Assembly (NCBI GenBank): GCA_951406725.2
Contig: OX597817.1
Coordinates: forward strand, 72,850,001 to 72,914,000
Source: Octopus vulgaris
Taxonomy: Eukaryota
Direction: 5' to 3'
DNA: 64,000 bases
In this document: piece by piece, positions 1 to 12,450 of the stretch
Layout of the letters: each line of letters begins with the position of its first letter
Numbering within the stretch: the first letter of the stretch is position 1
Notes under the pieces: model-generated
Seen by the model: only the letters and a program-made list of their open reading frames with translations
What the model was told of the DNA's origin: nothing
The model's database searches: none
Translations under genes and position numbers: made by a program

Positions 1-250
1 CTGCAATAGATAATGTGTGGTCAGATAGGAGGGGCAGTATTGCAGAAGCTACAGTGAGGATCCTTCTGACACCTAAAATGAACTGTACTAAGTTGCTCAC
101 AATAATTTGACAAAATTAGAAATATTAATTTCTTTGAAAAGTAGATTCAAGTGATAAATATGAAAGCACTGATGATTAAATAAAATATTACTTGACAATA
201 TTTTACCTGCATTTACTGTCAAGTAAAGGATAGTTGTGATCAGCCATAGA

Positions 251-1156
251 GGATCTGTTCAGTTTCACTCACAGATTTTTAAATATTATTTTTTTTTAAC
301 TAAATAGTTTGAAACTTCATATATCAGTATAATTTCTCATGCTCAGCAGTTTACTTTCAACATTTTTGACAAAATTTCGTATTTTAGAAGTTACTTCATG
401 TTAAAGTTGTCATATTTGGCTAATTTTAACCAATCAATGAGGAACAACCTCCGAGTCATTTCTACTAAATGGTACCACTCTGTTCTATTTCATTTTTTGT
501 TTACTGCCTATGTTGCATATTACACGTTGTTTTTTTTTTGGGGGGGGGTTCTTGTGTTGGAGTAACTAGTAAACATTGAAAAATCAACACCAACAAGGAA
601 GAAATATTATATACATATATTTATTCGTTTATCCAATATGTAGTTAGAGATACAGCAGAAATTGTAGTAGTAGTGGTGACAAGTTCACTCACTGGTTGGT
701 AGTTGATAGTGTAGAAGTGGCTATCTGCCAGTACAGAGGGAAAGAGTAAGGAATGCATGATGCTGACTTAGAAAAGAAGAAAGGATAAGGGTGGCATCAT
801 CTTTCTTGTGGCTGAAAGCTTCTCTTTTGTGTCAGCTATGACCAAGGAGCAACACTTTCCCTTCGTCCTTTGCTCAACATACGAATAAAGCAGAGTAAGA
901 TGACTCAGAAGTTGTTCCTCTTCAATTACTATTGCAAACAGCAGTAGCTTTCTTCAATTGAATACATGTTGTTGATTGGTTAAAATTATCCCAATATGAC
1001 AACTCTAAGATGAAATAACTTCTAAAATACAAAATTTTGTCAAAAATATTGAAAGTAAACTGTGTTGAGCATGAGAAATTACACCAGTACATGAAGTTTC
1101 AAACTGTTTAGTTAAAAAAAAAATTTTTTAATCTGTGAGTGAAACTGAACAGATCT
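251..1156. mobile_element. Non-autonomous TIR element (MITE), probably Merlin-type
   Basis: About 185-bp imperfect inverted repeats (ggatctgttcagtttcactcacaga... and ...tctgtgagtgaaactgaacagatct). Perfect 8-bp TSD gccataga at 243-250 and 1157-1164. The GG terminus and agtttcac motif are similar to the Merlin element at 12451. Confidence 0.85.
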
Positions 1157-1600
1157 GCCATAGATATCCTCTTCAGTCATCAGTTGTAAAACGATGCCTC
1201 AGTAGTATATACTCATCCAACTTATACTAACATTGAAAACAGACATTCATTCATTCATGTCTGTTTTCAATGCTTACTGTGTTTCATTAATCATACTTAT
1301 GTTTTAGCAATCAAACTTGTGTATAACGAAATTATGAATAACATGTTTTTCAAGATGTTCAAACATTAATATGGATTTTCCAAAGCCTTGTATTATATTG
1401 TAAAAATTGATGGCATTAGTAAACCTCTGGTCTATACAGTGAATATAAAATAAAAAGTAAATAAATAAAAAAAAACAATCTATTATAGCAAGAGAATGCT
1501 TGTTTTTGTTTTTTCTGCAGCTTTACAACCATTTTTGCATGTTAACACAAACATAAAAGATAGTAAATGATAAATGTATTTCAACAAGGGAATTGCTTAC

Positions 1601-1716
1601 CCAAAGGCTATTGTAAGATAAGGCAGCAGGCTTAGTTTTACAACAGACATTGTTGCCCATATCCATAATGCCACAGACAGAGCAGGGAATGCAGTAAATA
1701 GCAGCTTTTCAATAGT
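1601..1716 (-). CDS. Internal exon D (116 nt) of the NEF1-like gene
   Basis: tgtcttttatttcag|ACTATTGAA...TTTGG|gtaagc. The phase-0 start matches exon C. Encodes TIEKLLFTAFPALSVALWIWATMSVVKLSLLPYLTIAF, which resembles NEF1 LERLLFACVP...WATISAVG (recalled). Confidence 0.9.
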
Positions 1717-2059
1717 CTGAAATAAAAGACATTGGGTTTCAATGAAAAAGAATATAACATCCAACAGCATTAAATCACTTAATAAATTACTAATTTCTCT
1801 GCTAATTTTACAAACATACACAGGCATCAGAGATCACATCCAAAAGTAGGCCAGCTGACAGGTTGGAAACTACTAACTCACTAACATGTTACAATCTCTG
1901 GCCCATAAATGTACCACCTCTTCTTCCTTTCTGCATGTTCTATTATCAACCACAAATATAACAGCCTCCACTCCTCTTAACTAGCTAATTTCATACCACC
2001 TCAGGCTGGGACAACCAACCTCTCTTCCTCTTTTTGTCCCTTTGACTGCCTCCTTCCAC

Positions 2060-2190
2060 CTGTCCCAGTACCCCGCACTAACTATTTTCCAACCCTTTCT
2101 TTCCAGAGCACCACCTCTCTGGAATTCTCTCTCTACTGACCACATGCTCCTACATAATTACAGATAATTTAAGTTGAACATTCATGATAT
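2060..2190 (+). mobile_element. Degenerate 3' fragment of a LINE reverse-transcriptase ORF (CR1/L2/Jockey-like)
   Basis: Frameshifted translation RTNYF...RAPPLWNSL is typical of the LINE ORF2 C-terminus. Confidence 0.45.
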
Positions 2191-2867
2191 TAGTGTCTTT
2201 TCAGTGTCTGGGACTGTGAGCTGGCAGAATTATTAGCACGCCAGGCTAATTGCTTAATGGTATTTTATCCAGCTTTACATTCTGATTCAAATTCATCTGT
2301 TCAGGGTCGATAATACAAGTACCAGTTGAGCACTAGGGATAATGCAATTGAGTTACCCCTCCCCCAAAATTGATGGCCTTGTGCCAAAATTTGAAACCAA
2401 TATCTTTCCGGCGTTTGAGGACCTAAGAGGGTCATGGGAATTAACCCTTCCTCCTGCCCTAAACCATTAAAAATATTACTTCTAAATTATATTGTTTTAA
2501 TGGTTTCAGGCTCTGAACTGCAGCTATGCTGAGGAACCAACATCCAGACTCCTAGTCATGTACACTAACCCAAGTACATAGTCTACTACCGTTATTTTCT
2601 ATCGATCTCTATTGAATGACAGTTTACTTTCTCAGTCTAAACACCATAAGTGATTTTTGTTCAATCCATTTGATTTACACCAATATACAATATACATACG
2701 GTACCAGTATTGCCACACAAACATGCATATTCAAATATACAAGAGGAGAAACTTTAACCATATTGATCTCAATGATCATGGAGGGTTGTGCGGTTTGTGG
2801 TAGAAGCCTTTTCTCCAAATCAATACAATAATAAAAGAAATATACTTGCATTCACACACTCACATAT

Positions 2868-3062
2868 CATCATCATCATCATTTAACGTCCATTTTCCAT
2901 GCTAGCATGGGTTGGACAGTTCAACTGGGGTCTGGGAAGTCAGGAGGCTGCACCAGGCTCCAGTCTGATCTGGCAGTGTTTCTACAGCTGGATGCCTTCC
3001 TAATGCAACCACTCTGAGTGTAGTGGGTGCTCTTTACGTGCCACCAGCAGAGACGTGCCACC
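2868..3062 (-). mobile_element. High-copy SINE/RTE-tail-type repeat ending in (GAT)n
   Basis: Same family recurs at about 5075-5265, 25540-25820, 38415-38775 and 62060-62347 (core gttggcgttaggaagggcatccagc...acccatgctagcatggaaa). Confidence 0.75.
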
Positions 3063-3540
3063 GACAGGATTCAATCATTTTCATCAATCAAATTTCACTC
3101 AAACATTGGTTAACTTGAGGCTATGATAGAAGACTCTTGCACATGGTCCTGCCCAGTGGAATTGAACTAGGAACATTGTGCTGCTAAATGCACTTCTTAG
3201 ATAACTCCTGTCTATCTTATCAATCTGTCAATTTATCCAGCAATCTTGTCTAGTTATCTAGTAATCAGTCTATCAATCTACCAATCTGTTTTGTCTATTT
3301 AGATAATACAGATAGCTATCAGTGGAGAAACTATAAACTGTAACAAATGTAGAAGAGCCAGAATTTGGATTATTCAGTGAATAAGTCTTTGAAGGAAAGG
3401 ATTAAACTTTGAGTTTAGATGTGCTATAAATAATGGTAAGGGATTTGAAAAAATGTCTGCTTGGTATTTCTTACAAGCCAAAAGCCAGTGATGGTATTTG
3501 TATGTAGTCTTAGATTTATCATTTAATCTACTTGGAAGGA

Positions 3541-3549
3541 ATAAAGAGA

Positions 3550-3616
<67 letters not shown>
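3541..3616. repeat. (AG)n microsatellite
   Basis: Direct reading. Confidence 0.95.
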
Positions 3617-3619
<3 letters not shown>

Positions 3620-3906
3620 GGGTAAGTAAGTAAGAAAACAACTATAATATCAATTATGGTATCATTACAGAGCTGAAGAAAATCTTATTCTCATTTACAC
3701 AATAACAATAATCATGTAGCTCAGTCATTGACTGAGAAGAAAATGAGCAAAATGGGAAGGAAAGAAAATGAGAAAGAAAGAGATCGTAAGACTATGAAGA
3801 AAAACAAACTGTAAAAGTAATGTATTTGCTTTCTTAGTTGTCCATCAAATCTGATGATGACTATTTTCTTTTGCATTTGTTGTTCCTTCAATAGCAACAT
3901 CTCAAT

Positions 3907-3963
<57 letters not shown>

Positions 3964-4396
3964 CACACACACACATGACATAAAAAAATACATTCACATT
4001 AAATCTCAGTCCAACATGTGCTTTTGCTGCATGAGTGTCCTAAGATATAGCATCTAATTGTATCCTGTTCATTCACTTGCATTATAAATTCAGCCAGGGT
4101 AGACATGTCAATGTAGCAACATTCAAGGGTGTACCCTTGCAGGTAGTTGAAGCAAATTAAAGAGTTCAGTGTTTGGAAGTACTGTTCGAAGTGTAATTTA
4201 GGTGAGGGAGTCATAGGGTCTGAATGTAGATGAAAGCAGAAATTACTGTGAAATACTATGTGGCTATATATTTTTTTTTATTTCTTTTTTTTTATTTCTT
4301 TATTGCCCACAAAGGGCTAAACATAGAGGGGACAAACAAGGACAGACAAAGGCTATATAAATTGTTTAAAACTTAGGGTGACCATTAAGGATTTAA

Positions 4397-4606
4397 CTCT
4401 TTTATTACCATATTTCTGTTGAGATGCTCTGTGTTTCTTTCAATTAATTTTAAATATAACAAAAAATTTTAGTAAATAACTTAGTTATCATTAAGCTAGT
4501 GTTAGGAACATAAACTGTGACTAAGATTTTGATTCAAAACTTTTGAAAACAAGGCATTTGTACTACAGAGCCAGAGGCAGTTTCAGACAGGTTGGTATCA
4601 AAAGGG
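4397..4606. mobile_element. piggyBac-type MITE
   Basis: TTAA on both sides (4393-4396, 4607-4610). Ends are ctcttttattacca and tggtatcaaaaggg. Related copies lie at about 15420-15580 and 23987-24431. Confidence 0.7.
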
Positions 4607-4709
4607 TTAAGGGAATTGAATGAATATATACTTAGTAGTCAAAGAAGCCCTAACTAGGACTGCAATTTAATGTGAATATATTGTGTATAAAACTATAAAA
4701 TCTATCTAT

Positions 4710-5072
4710 GGCCGATAGATACTTATATTATTTTAGATTTTAATTATTTCTGTGGCAAAATAAGCATTTTCACACCTAAAAATGAATAAATAAAAATAGA
4801 GTACATAATGCACAGTATAACACATTGATTGAAATATATTAAAAGAAAATACGTAGTGTACTGTAGATGAGTAAACAAAGAATCGCACATACTATATGGA
4901 AAACGAAACTTGGGAAGTGTATGGTGTCGTTTTGCATTTATAATAAAATATATAAATACAAATTATAAAAATAATTTTTAAAAATATACAGTACAGTACT
5001 GTTTCTATTTCATGGATTTTCAGCTATCGCGGTAGTTTTTGTAATATAACACCTGCAATAGTCGAGGGATTA
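4710..5072. mobile_element. Truncated copy of the pogo/Tigger-like MITE seen at 28974-30349
   Basis: Aligns by eye with 29080-29150 plus 30059-30347 and ends in gagggatta (TIR). Confidence 0.7.
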
Positions 5073-6332
5073 GCCTGCCTCCCCTGGCACCTGTGCCAGT
5101 GGTACGTAAAAAGCACCCACTACCTACACTGGTTGGCGTTAGGAAGGGCATCTAGCTGTAGAAACACTGCCAGATCAGACTGGAGCCTGGTGCAGCCTCC
5201 TGGCTTCCCAGACCCCGGTTGAACCATCCAACCCATGCTAGCATGGAAAACAGATGATGATAATGATATATATATACACACACACACACACATACATACA
5301 CATTATCTATATACACATAAACAGATTTACAATTCTTACTACTAAGAATAAAACTTCTAAAATGGAGAGAGACATGTTTACAGGCAACCCTCAACTTTTT
5401 TTAGTCCAGAGGGTTTTCTTTTAACCCAGTATGTTCACACTATTATTTATGACTTTATTTACTTCAAATTCCACCATTTAAAACTGATATACACACATAA
5501 ACAGGAAATTTGGCATACATACAATATTTATGGTTGTTAAATCATATCTTTCCAATCTCTTGGTGCTTATGCAAAATGATGAAATGAATACTAATTTTCA
5601 AAAGAAAAATATTTATTACCTTAAAATAAAATAAAACAAATTTCTCATTTATATATTTGCAACAAACATTTGTTATAATTCTTTAAAATTTCATTAACAT
5701 AGTCACAATCTACTCCATCAAAAATGTATTGATAAAATTGAACTTCTCTCATTACTACTCAATCATTTACTCCCTCTCCCTCTCTTCTGTTTCTATGATT
5801 CTGTCTCTCTTACTCTGTGTGTATGTGTGAGGGAGATCCATTACTCATTGCCTGCTACCAAACCTAGTATGTGTCCTTGTCTTGCACTTCTTGTGCTAAC
5901 TCTTTTTTTTTTCTCTCTCTCTCCATATTGTTTTTGTTTTGTTTTTGTTTTGTTTTTCCAGTTTCAGCTCTTGAGCTGTGGCCATGCTGGGGCACCGCCA
6001 TTGTGGTGAAAGAGTACAGCAGGGATCACCACCCCCTGCCGGAGCCTCGTAGAGCTTTTAGGTGTTTTCGCTCAATAAACACACACAACGCCCGGTCTGA
6101 GAATCGAAACCGCGATCCTGCGACCGCGAGTCCGCTGCCCTAACCACTAGGCCATATATATATATATATATATATCTCAACATCCAAACTTCCTCACTCT
6201 ACATCGAGTGAAAAACGGGATGGACACTTCGATTTTGTGTTGGTGCCCCACTCTGTCGTATGCGACTATGAGGATTTGCATCCCAACGTAAAACTTATAA
6301 TGTAATACATGTACTTGAAGTAGTAATTGTAT

Positions 6333-6410
6333 GCGGCTGAAGAAGGCTATAGACACACATTATGCATTGTTATAAAACCATCTAATAAAGGCCCGAAACA
6401 TATGTACTGC
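6333..6410 (+). ncRNA. Type I hammerhead ribozyme motif
   Basis: gcgg-CTGAAGA-aggct...ggccc-GAAA-CATATG-TA-ctgc. Stem I is gcgg/ctgc, stem III is palindromic, and the cleavage triplet is GUA. Confidence 0.7.
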
Positions 6411-6440
6411 TAAATCCTTTGCATCATGTTTTTATTTTGA

Positions 6441-6487
<47 letters not shown>

Positions 6488-6488
6488 T

Positions 6489-6790
6489 CACGTGATCACA
6501 TGACTGACCAGACCATTAGATGTTGCTACACATCGCTGGTCACAATGCGTTCGCATTGTTTTAGCCTTCGAACGATGCCACCCCGCTGGCTAAGTGAGCA
6601 GGCCAACAGAAGAAAGTGGGAGAAAGAGTGGTGAAAGAGTACAGCAGGGATCACCACCCCCTACCGGAGCCTCGTGGAGCTTTTAGGTGTTTTCACTCAA
6701 TAAACACACACAACGGCTGGTCTGGGAATCGAAACCGCAATCCTCTGACCGTGAGTCCGCTGCCCTAGCCACAGGGCCATTGCGCCTTCA
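6489..6790 (-). mobile_element. tRNA-derived SINE
   Basis: The minus strand has a tRNA-like head (ggcgcaatggccctgtggctagggcagcggactc...ggtttcgattccc). A near-identical body lies at about 6003-6153 and a related plus-strand copy at 14220. Confidence 0.8.
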
Positions 6791-6795
6791 CATAC

Positions 6796-6979
<184 letters not shown>

Positions 6980-7344
6980 TTATAAAATGAGATAGGGGTT
7001 GAAAATTCAACCCACCATGGGATAATATATATCCAATATACTGCCAGATAGGTACCCAACAAGATTAATACATAGATGTTAAAAATTGTCAAACAATCAG
7101 TTCATCTATTGTATTATATGGGTAAAGGTAATAATATTACCGTAAATTAATACTACAAAATTAGAGAATGGAGAAACATACTTAAATCAATAAAACATCA
7201 ACCATCCGATGATACCCAATCAATACTTTAATACACCATTACATATGAGTAAAGGCATTATACAAAATGAGATATACAGTAATAGTAAAAAGATAAAGAG
7301 ATATAAGTAAAAAATTTCAAATATAATATGCAATTAAATCAAAA

Positions 7345-7451
7345 CTGACAGCTGTTTCGGCAGTGAGGGCAGTCATACCTCATTTAACCTATAAGTATAA
7401 AGGCAGGTATAAATGAGGCATTAACAAGGATGCCCCACGGCCTCTTCAGAG
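7345..7451 (-). ncRNA. Hammerhead ribozyme motif (left arm of palindrome)
   Basis: Reverse complement of the 8031-8138 motif. Confidence 0.65.
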
Positions 7452-8030
7452 AATTAAATTAAATTTGTTATAATTGTGAAAAATATTATATAATCATATA
7501 CATATAAATATAAAAATATAAAAATATAAAATATAAAAACTTATACATCATAATGCTACACTTATATAATATAATACTCATTGGTACAATGAAGGAAGGT
7601 AAGCAGAACAAAATAAAACAAAATATATATCAGTGTATATATTAATATTAATAAGTACCGATATTATACATATTTGGCTAAAAGTTTTTTTTAAAAAAAC
7701 TAACACATAGGGAGATGAAAAATAATAATTAAAATAATAATTAAATTATTTAATTATTATTTTCATCTCCCTATGTGTTAGTTTTTTTTAAAAAAAACTT
7801 TTAGCCAAATATGTATAATATCGGTACTTATTAATATTAATATATACACTGATATATATTTTGTTTTATTTTGTTCTGCTTACCTTCCTTCATTGTACCA
7901 ATGAGTATTATATTATATAAGTGTAGCATTATGATGTATAAGTTTTTATATTTTATATTTTTATATTTTTATATTTATATGTATATGATTATATAATATT
8001 TTTCACAATTATAACAAATTTAATTTAATT

Positions 8031-8138
8031 CTCTGAAGAGGCCGTGGGGCATCCTTGTTAATGCCTCATTTATACCTGCCTTTATGGCTTATAGGTTAAA
8101 TGAGGTATGACTGCCCTCACTGCCGAAACAGCTGTCAG
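8031..8138 (+). ncRNA. Hammerhead ribozyme motif (right arm of palindrome)
   Basis: ct-CTGAAGA-ggccgtggggca...tgccctcactgcc-GAAA-CAGCTG-TC-ag. Stem II is long, stem III is palindromic, and the triplet is GUC. Stem I shows only 2 obvious bp. Confidence 0.65.
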
Positions 8139-8909
8139 TTTTGATTTAATTGCATATTATATTTGAAATTTTTTACTTATATCTCTTTATCTTTTTACTA
8201 TTACTGTATATCTCATTTTGTATAATGCCTTTACTCATATGTAATGGTGTATTAAAGTATTGATTGGGTATCATCGGATGGTTGATGTTTTATTGATTTA
8301 AGTATGTTTCTCCATTCTCTAATTTTGTAGTATTATATATATATATATATATATACATACATATATATACATGTATATATATATATATATACATGGAGAC
8401 GCCATGATAGATTGTTAGCCACTACACACATTTTTTTCTCTCCTTGTTTTCTGTGTCCCTTTCTGTAGAAGAGCGTAGGCTCGAAACACAAAAGACTTTT
8501 TCTATTCCTGAGCATACATCTGTTTGTTTTGTACACCACCTGTCTTTGTCTTTTGTTGTTTTTTTTTGTAAACTCTCCCTATTTATATATATATATATAT
8601 ATATAATGTATAGTATGACTACCAACCAACATTCATATTGGCAATGCTGGTTGGTCAAGCGATCACATAGAGGCTACCAACCATATTGGCTCAACTATTT
8701 CAGAGTAATTATATTTGATACTCAAAGTGATGTTGGCTTCCTTATTTTAAAGCATTTTTTGTAAACCTCAAATATACAAAATTTATTATTAATAGGCACA
8801 GGTATGGTTGTGTTGTTAAGGACCTTGCTTTACACTCACATAGTTTGGAGCTGACAAAATACCTTGTGAGTGAATTTGGTAGATGAAAACTGTTTGGAAG
8901 CCCTTTGTA

Positions 8910-10165
8910 TAGGGTCATCTCATAAATAATGCAGTTTTTTCAATTGCATGAATTAAAAGTCAGAGTGGGGATGGGATAAACTACCTGCATCAACTTGCTA
9001 TAAAAACAGGTAGTAATTTTACCTTACCTTATTCTTTGTGCTAGTTTTGAAGAGTGCAGTTCAATTTTAACAGTTAATTTTTCAAAGCTATAATGGAAGT
9101 GACAAAGGGGCATATTTGGCATTTTGCTTTATGAGTACAATAAAGGCAATAATGTAATAGAAAGTGTGAGGAATATTAATGCAGTATATGGAGATCAGGC
9201 AACAAGCATAAGCTAGTGTCAACGGTAGTTCCAGAAATTGAGCTGGAAACTACAGCCCAGAAGACGAGCCTTGTACTGGAAGATCTGTAGAGCTCAACAA
9301 GGATGTCCTGCAAGCCCTGGTGGAACAAAATCCCATTGTAACTGTTGAAGAACTAGAAGAGAAGCTTGGATTTGGTCATTCAATCATTCATCAACACCTG
9401 CGTGCCATCAGAAGAGTCAGCAAATTGAGTCAATGTGTTCCTCGCAAACTTTCCGAGTCTAATCACATGCAGAGAGTGAATGTGTGCTCTTCTTTGTTGT
9501 CATGTCTCATGAATGAACCTTTTTTGGACTGAATAATGACGAGAAATGGGTTCTCTTTAAAAATGTCAAGTGCCCAAGACAGAGGGTAGGGAAAGGAGAA
9601 ACAACAGCTCCCCGGGCTACAGAAAGTCTTCACCCACACAAGGTGTTGTTATCAGTTTGGTGGGATATGAAAGGTTTAGCCCACTTTGAACTTTTAAACC
9701 CAAACCAAACAATAAGAAAGGAGATCTACTGTGAACAGCTGGAATGGCTTAAGTCAGCGCTAGAAGAAAAACAACCATCTTTGGTTTCAAGATGATATGT
9801 GTTCTTCCATCAGGATAATGCTTGACCACAAACAGCTAGGATGACATTCCAAAGACTGGAGCAGTTTAAATGGAAAATGCTCCACCCACCATATTCACCA
9901 GACATTGACCCATCTAATTATCATTTATTCTGCAGTCTTCAAAATCATTTGGATGGAAAAAATATAAATTCTGGAAGAGTATTTTTCGTCATGGACACAT
10001 GAATTTTTGGAAGTGGGAGGCCTTCAAAGTCTACCAGATAGATGGAAGAGCATTGTAGAAAATGAAGCGAAGTATATTTTAGATTAAAAAAGAACTTGGT
10101 TAATCTTAATTTTGAAATATAAAAGAAGTATAAAAAAACTGCATTATTTATGGGATGATCCAAAA
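8910..10165 (+). mobile_element. Full-length defective mariner transposon
   Basis: TIRs gggtcatctcataaataatgcagttttt and aaaaaactgcattatttatgggatgatcc. A pseudogenised transposase starts at about 9093 (MEVTKGHI...CVPRKL...EKWV...VWWD...HQDNA...HPPYSPDIDPSNYHLF) and has stops and frameshifts. Confidence 0.95.
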
Positions 10166-10321
10166 TATGGAAGCCAATGTGTGCCTTTGTGCCTGTTCTC
10201 CAAAACTGCTATACAAACAGTTTGCTTATGTTCCCATAAAATTAGTGATTCATCAAAAGAGACCAAAAGATTAAGTACCAGACATTAAAAAATGTACTGG
10301 GGTCAATTTGTCTGACTGAAC

Positions 10322-10524
10322 CAGTGGTTCTCAACCATTTTTTTTTACCTATGGACCCCTTTGATTCCTATTTTATTTGGGTGAACCTTCACAGCCATTG
10401 CATAAAAAAAAATTATTAAGATATTTTGTTTTGTACAAGTGTAAGCAATTTACTGCACATCAATTTTAACAAGTTCTTATATGGACCCACAAGGGTCATA
10501 TGGACTCCCATTTGAGAACCTCTA
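10322..10524. mobile_element. hAT-family MITE
   Basis: TIRs cagtggttctcaa and ttgagaacctcta. 8-bp TSD gactgaac / gactaaac (7 of 8 match). Confidence 0.85.
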
Positions 10525-11906
10525 GACTAAACCCTTCAAGGTAGGACCCCAGCATGGCCATAGTCTAATGACTGAGACAAGTAAAAGATAAAGGAAATAA
10601 AACATGTATTCTTGAATAGTACTTCCTTGAATAATCATTATACACTTTTGTGGTTGTTATTTAACTTGGAGATTAACACTGATTAAGTAAGCAGATCTAT
10701 GATCAAAGGCATAACAGCTGTGAACATCCCATTTTGTTTTTCAAACATAGTGAATCTAAAACTACATGAATGTGCCCTTAGGCTTTTTTTTTAAGGATGT
10801 AGGATGTGATTCTGAGGGAGATTTGCCTGCTATTTTATTTTATATCTGGTTAAGCAACCATATTAACGTTCTCTTTTTGTGATGCTATTGATATGGGCTT
10901 ATATAACCCACATTTCAAGTAGCAATACAAACACACACATGTGCAGAGGCACAAGCACATAAACATACTATAATTTTACACATACACACACACACAATCA
11001 TCATTTTCATTTAACATCTGTTTTCCATGCTGGAATATGCATATGTTTGCGTATATGTATATGTATGTATCTCTCTCTACATACATACATACACACATAC
11101 ATACATACATACACACATGTCTAGTAGAATATGTATCATGAGCAAAACTCCTTTGAGTCATTTTGTAACTTCTGCTGATTAATAATAATTATAAAATGAT
11201 AATAATAAAAGTAGTAGTAATAACAACAACAACAACAACAATAATAATAATAACAACAACAACACTCATAAACATGTATATAATATTACTCTCAACCCAT
11301 TATTTGTTTCTTAGCTTTAAAACACTCTACAGCTTTACAAATAAAAATCATAAAAATACATGCAAACTCTGAGCCTATAAAATCCATTTGGAATTCCTGA
11401 AAGGTATTGTGTTGACATTTCCAATATTATGTTGAACTTTTGGAAATAATACCATTCTAAGTTTGCATGTGATGTAGATTCCAGCAGGATTAAATTAGGG
11501 GTTCTGTGAAGACCCATAAAGATTGGCTATTGATTATATAGACCAGATATGATAGCACCCCATTAAAATGATACAAATGACATTTCCATTCTTGTTCTTT
11601 TCTTCCGTTTTTTTTTTTAAAGGATGGCACATGAGTTGATATATTGTTATGCATGACCTTCAGTTCATTACTGTAGTTTCATTTTTTTGTTATTTTTAAT
11701 ATAATCATTATGATTATATTTCTATTGACATTTTTCCTGTTATCTGCAGATGGCAATATTGGATGCAGGTATAGCTGTGTGGTTAATTAAGCTGACTTTG
11801 CAGTCTCATGGTTTTGGGTTCAGTTCCACTGGGTAAGCGCCTTCTACTAAAGCCCTGGACTGACTAATGCCTTATAAATGAATTTCGTAAATGGAAACTG
11901 TGTGAA

Positions 11907-11941
<35 letters not shown>

Positions 11942-12450
11942 GTGTACATGTGTGTGCATGATTTGTGTTTGTGTATGTTCCTTCCACTGCTTGACAACCA
12001 ATATTGGTTTGTTTACATCCCTGCATAACTTAGTGACTCAGCAAAAGAGACCATTAGAATAAGTACCATGCCTAAAACAAAATAAGTACTGGGATCAATT
12101 TGTTTGATTATAACCCTTAAGGCAGTGCCCCAGCACTGAAACAAGTAAATGACAGGAGAATATAAGTAGAACGTTGGCAGTGGAATCTAATTTCATTGGA
12201 TGTCTTTACTTTCTCAGTTCAAATCCCACAAAAGGCTGGAAATGGATAAAATAAGCCCCCAGTCAAATGGTAAGGTCAGCAGAATTACTCACAACCTTTC
12301 AGAAGACATTCTGGCAGGTCTGTTCCTTTTATATTATCAATCATTATATATTACAAAGAATTGTGGATAGTATAATTGATACAGCAAAAGACAAATGACT
12401 TGTAAAATTTCAATGTTAAAGTTACAAAAGCTGAATACTGTACTTGCATC

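Larger units (their letters stand above)
7148..8335. repeat. Near-perfect palindrome of about 1.19 kb (inverted Penelope-type terminal repeat)
   Basis: The left arm taatactacaaaattagagaatgg... is the reverse complement of the right arm ...ccattctctaattttgtagtatta. The centre is near 7740. Few differences were seen (for example ataagtataaagg vs cctttatggcttat). Confidence 0.95.

Noticed and set aside
1-30. The window starts with ctgcaataga, a possible minus-strand acceptor (tctattgcag) for the next exon
   Set aside because: The exon would lie outside the window and cannot be evaluated.
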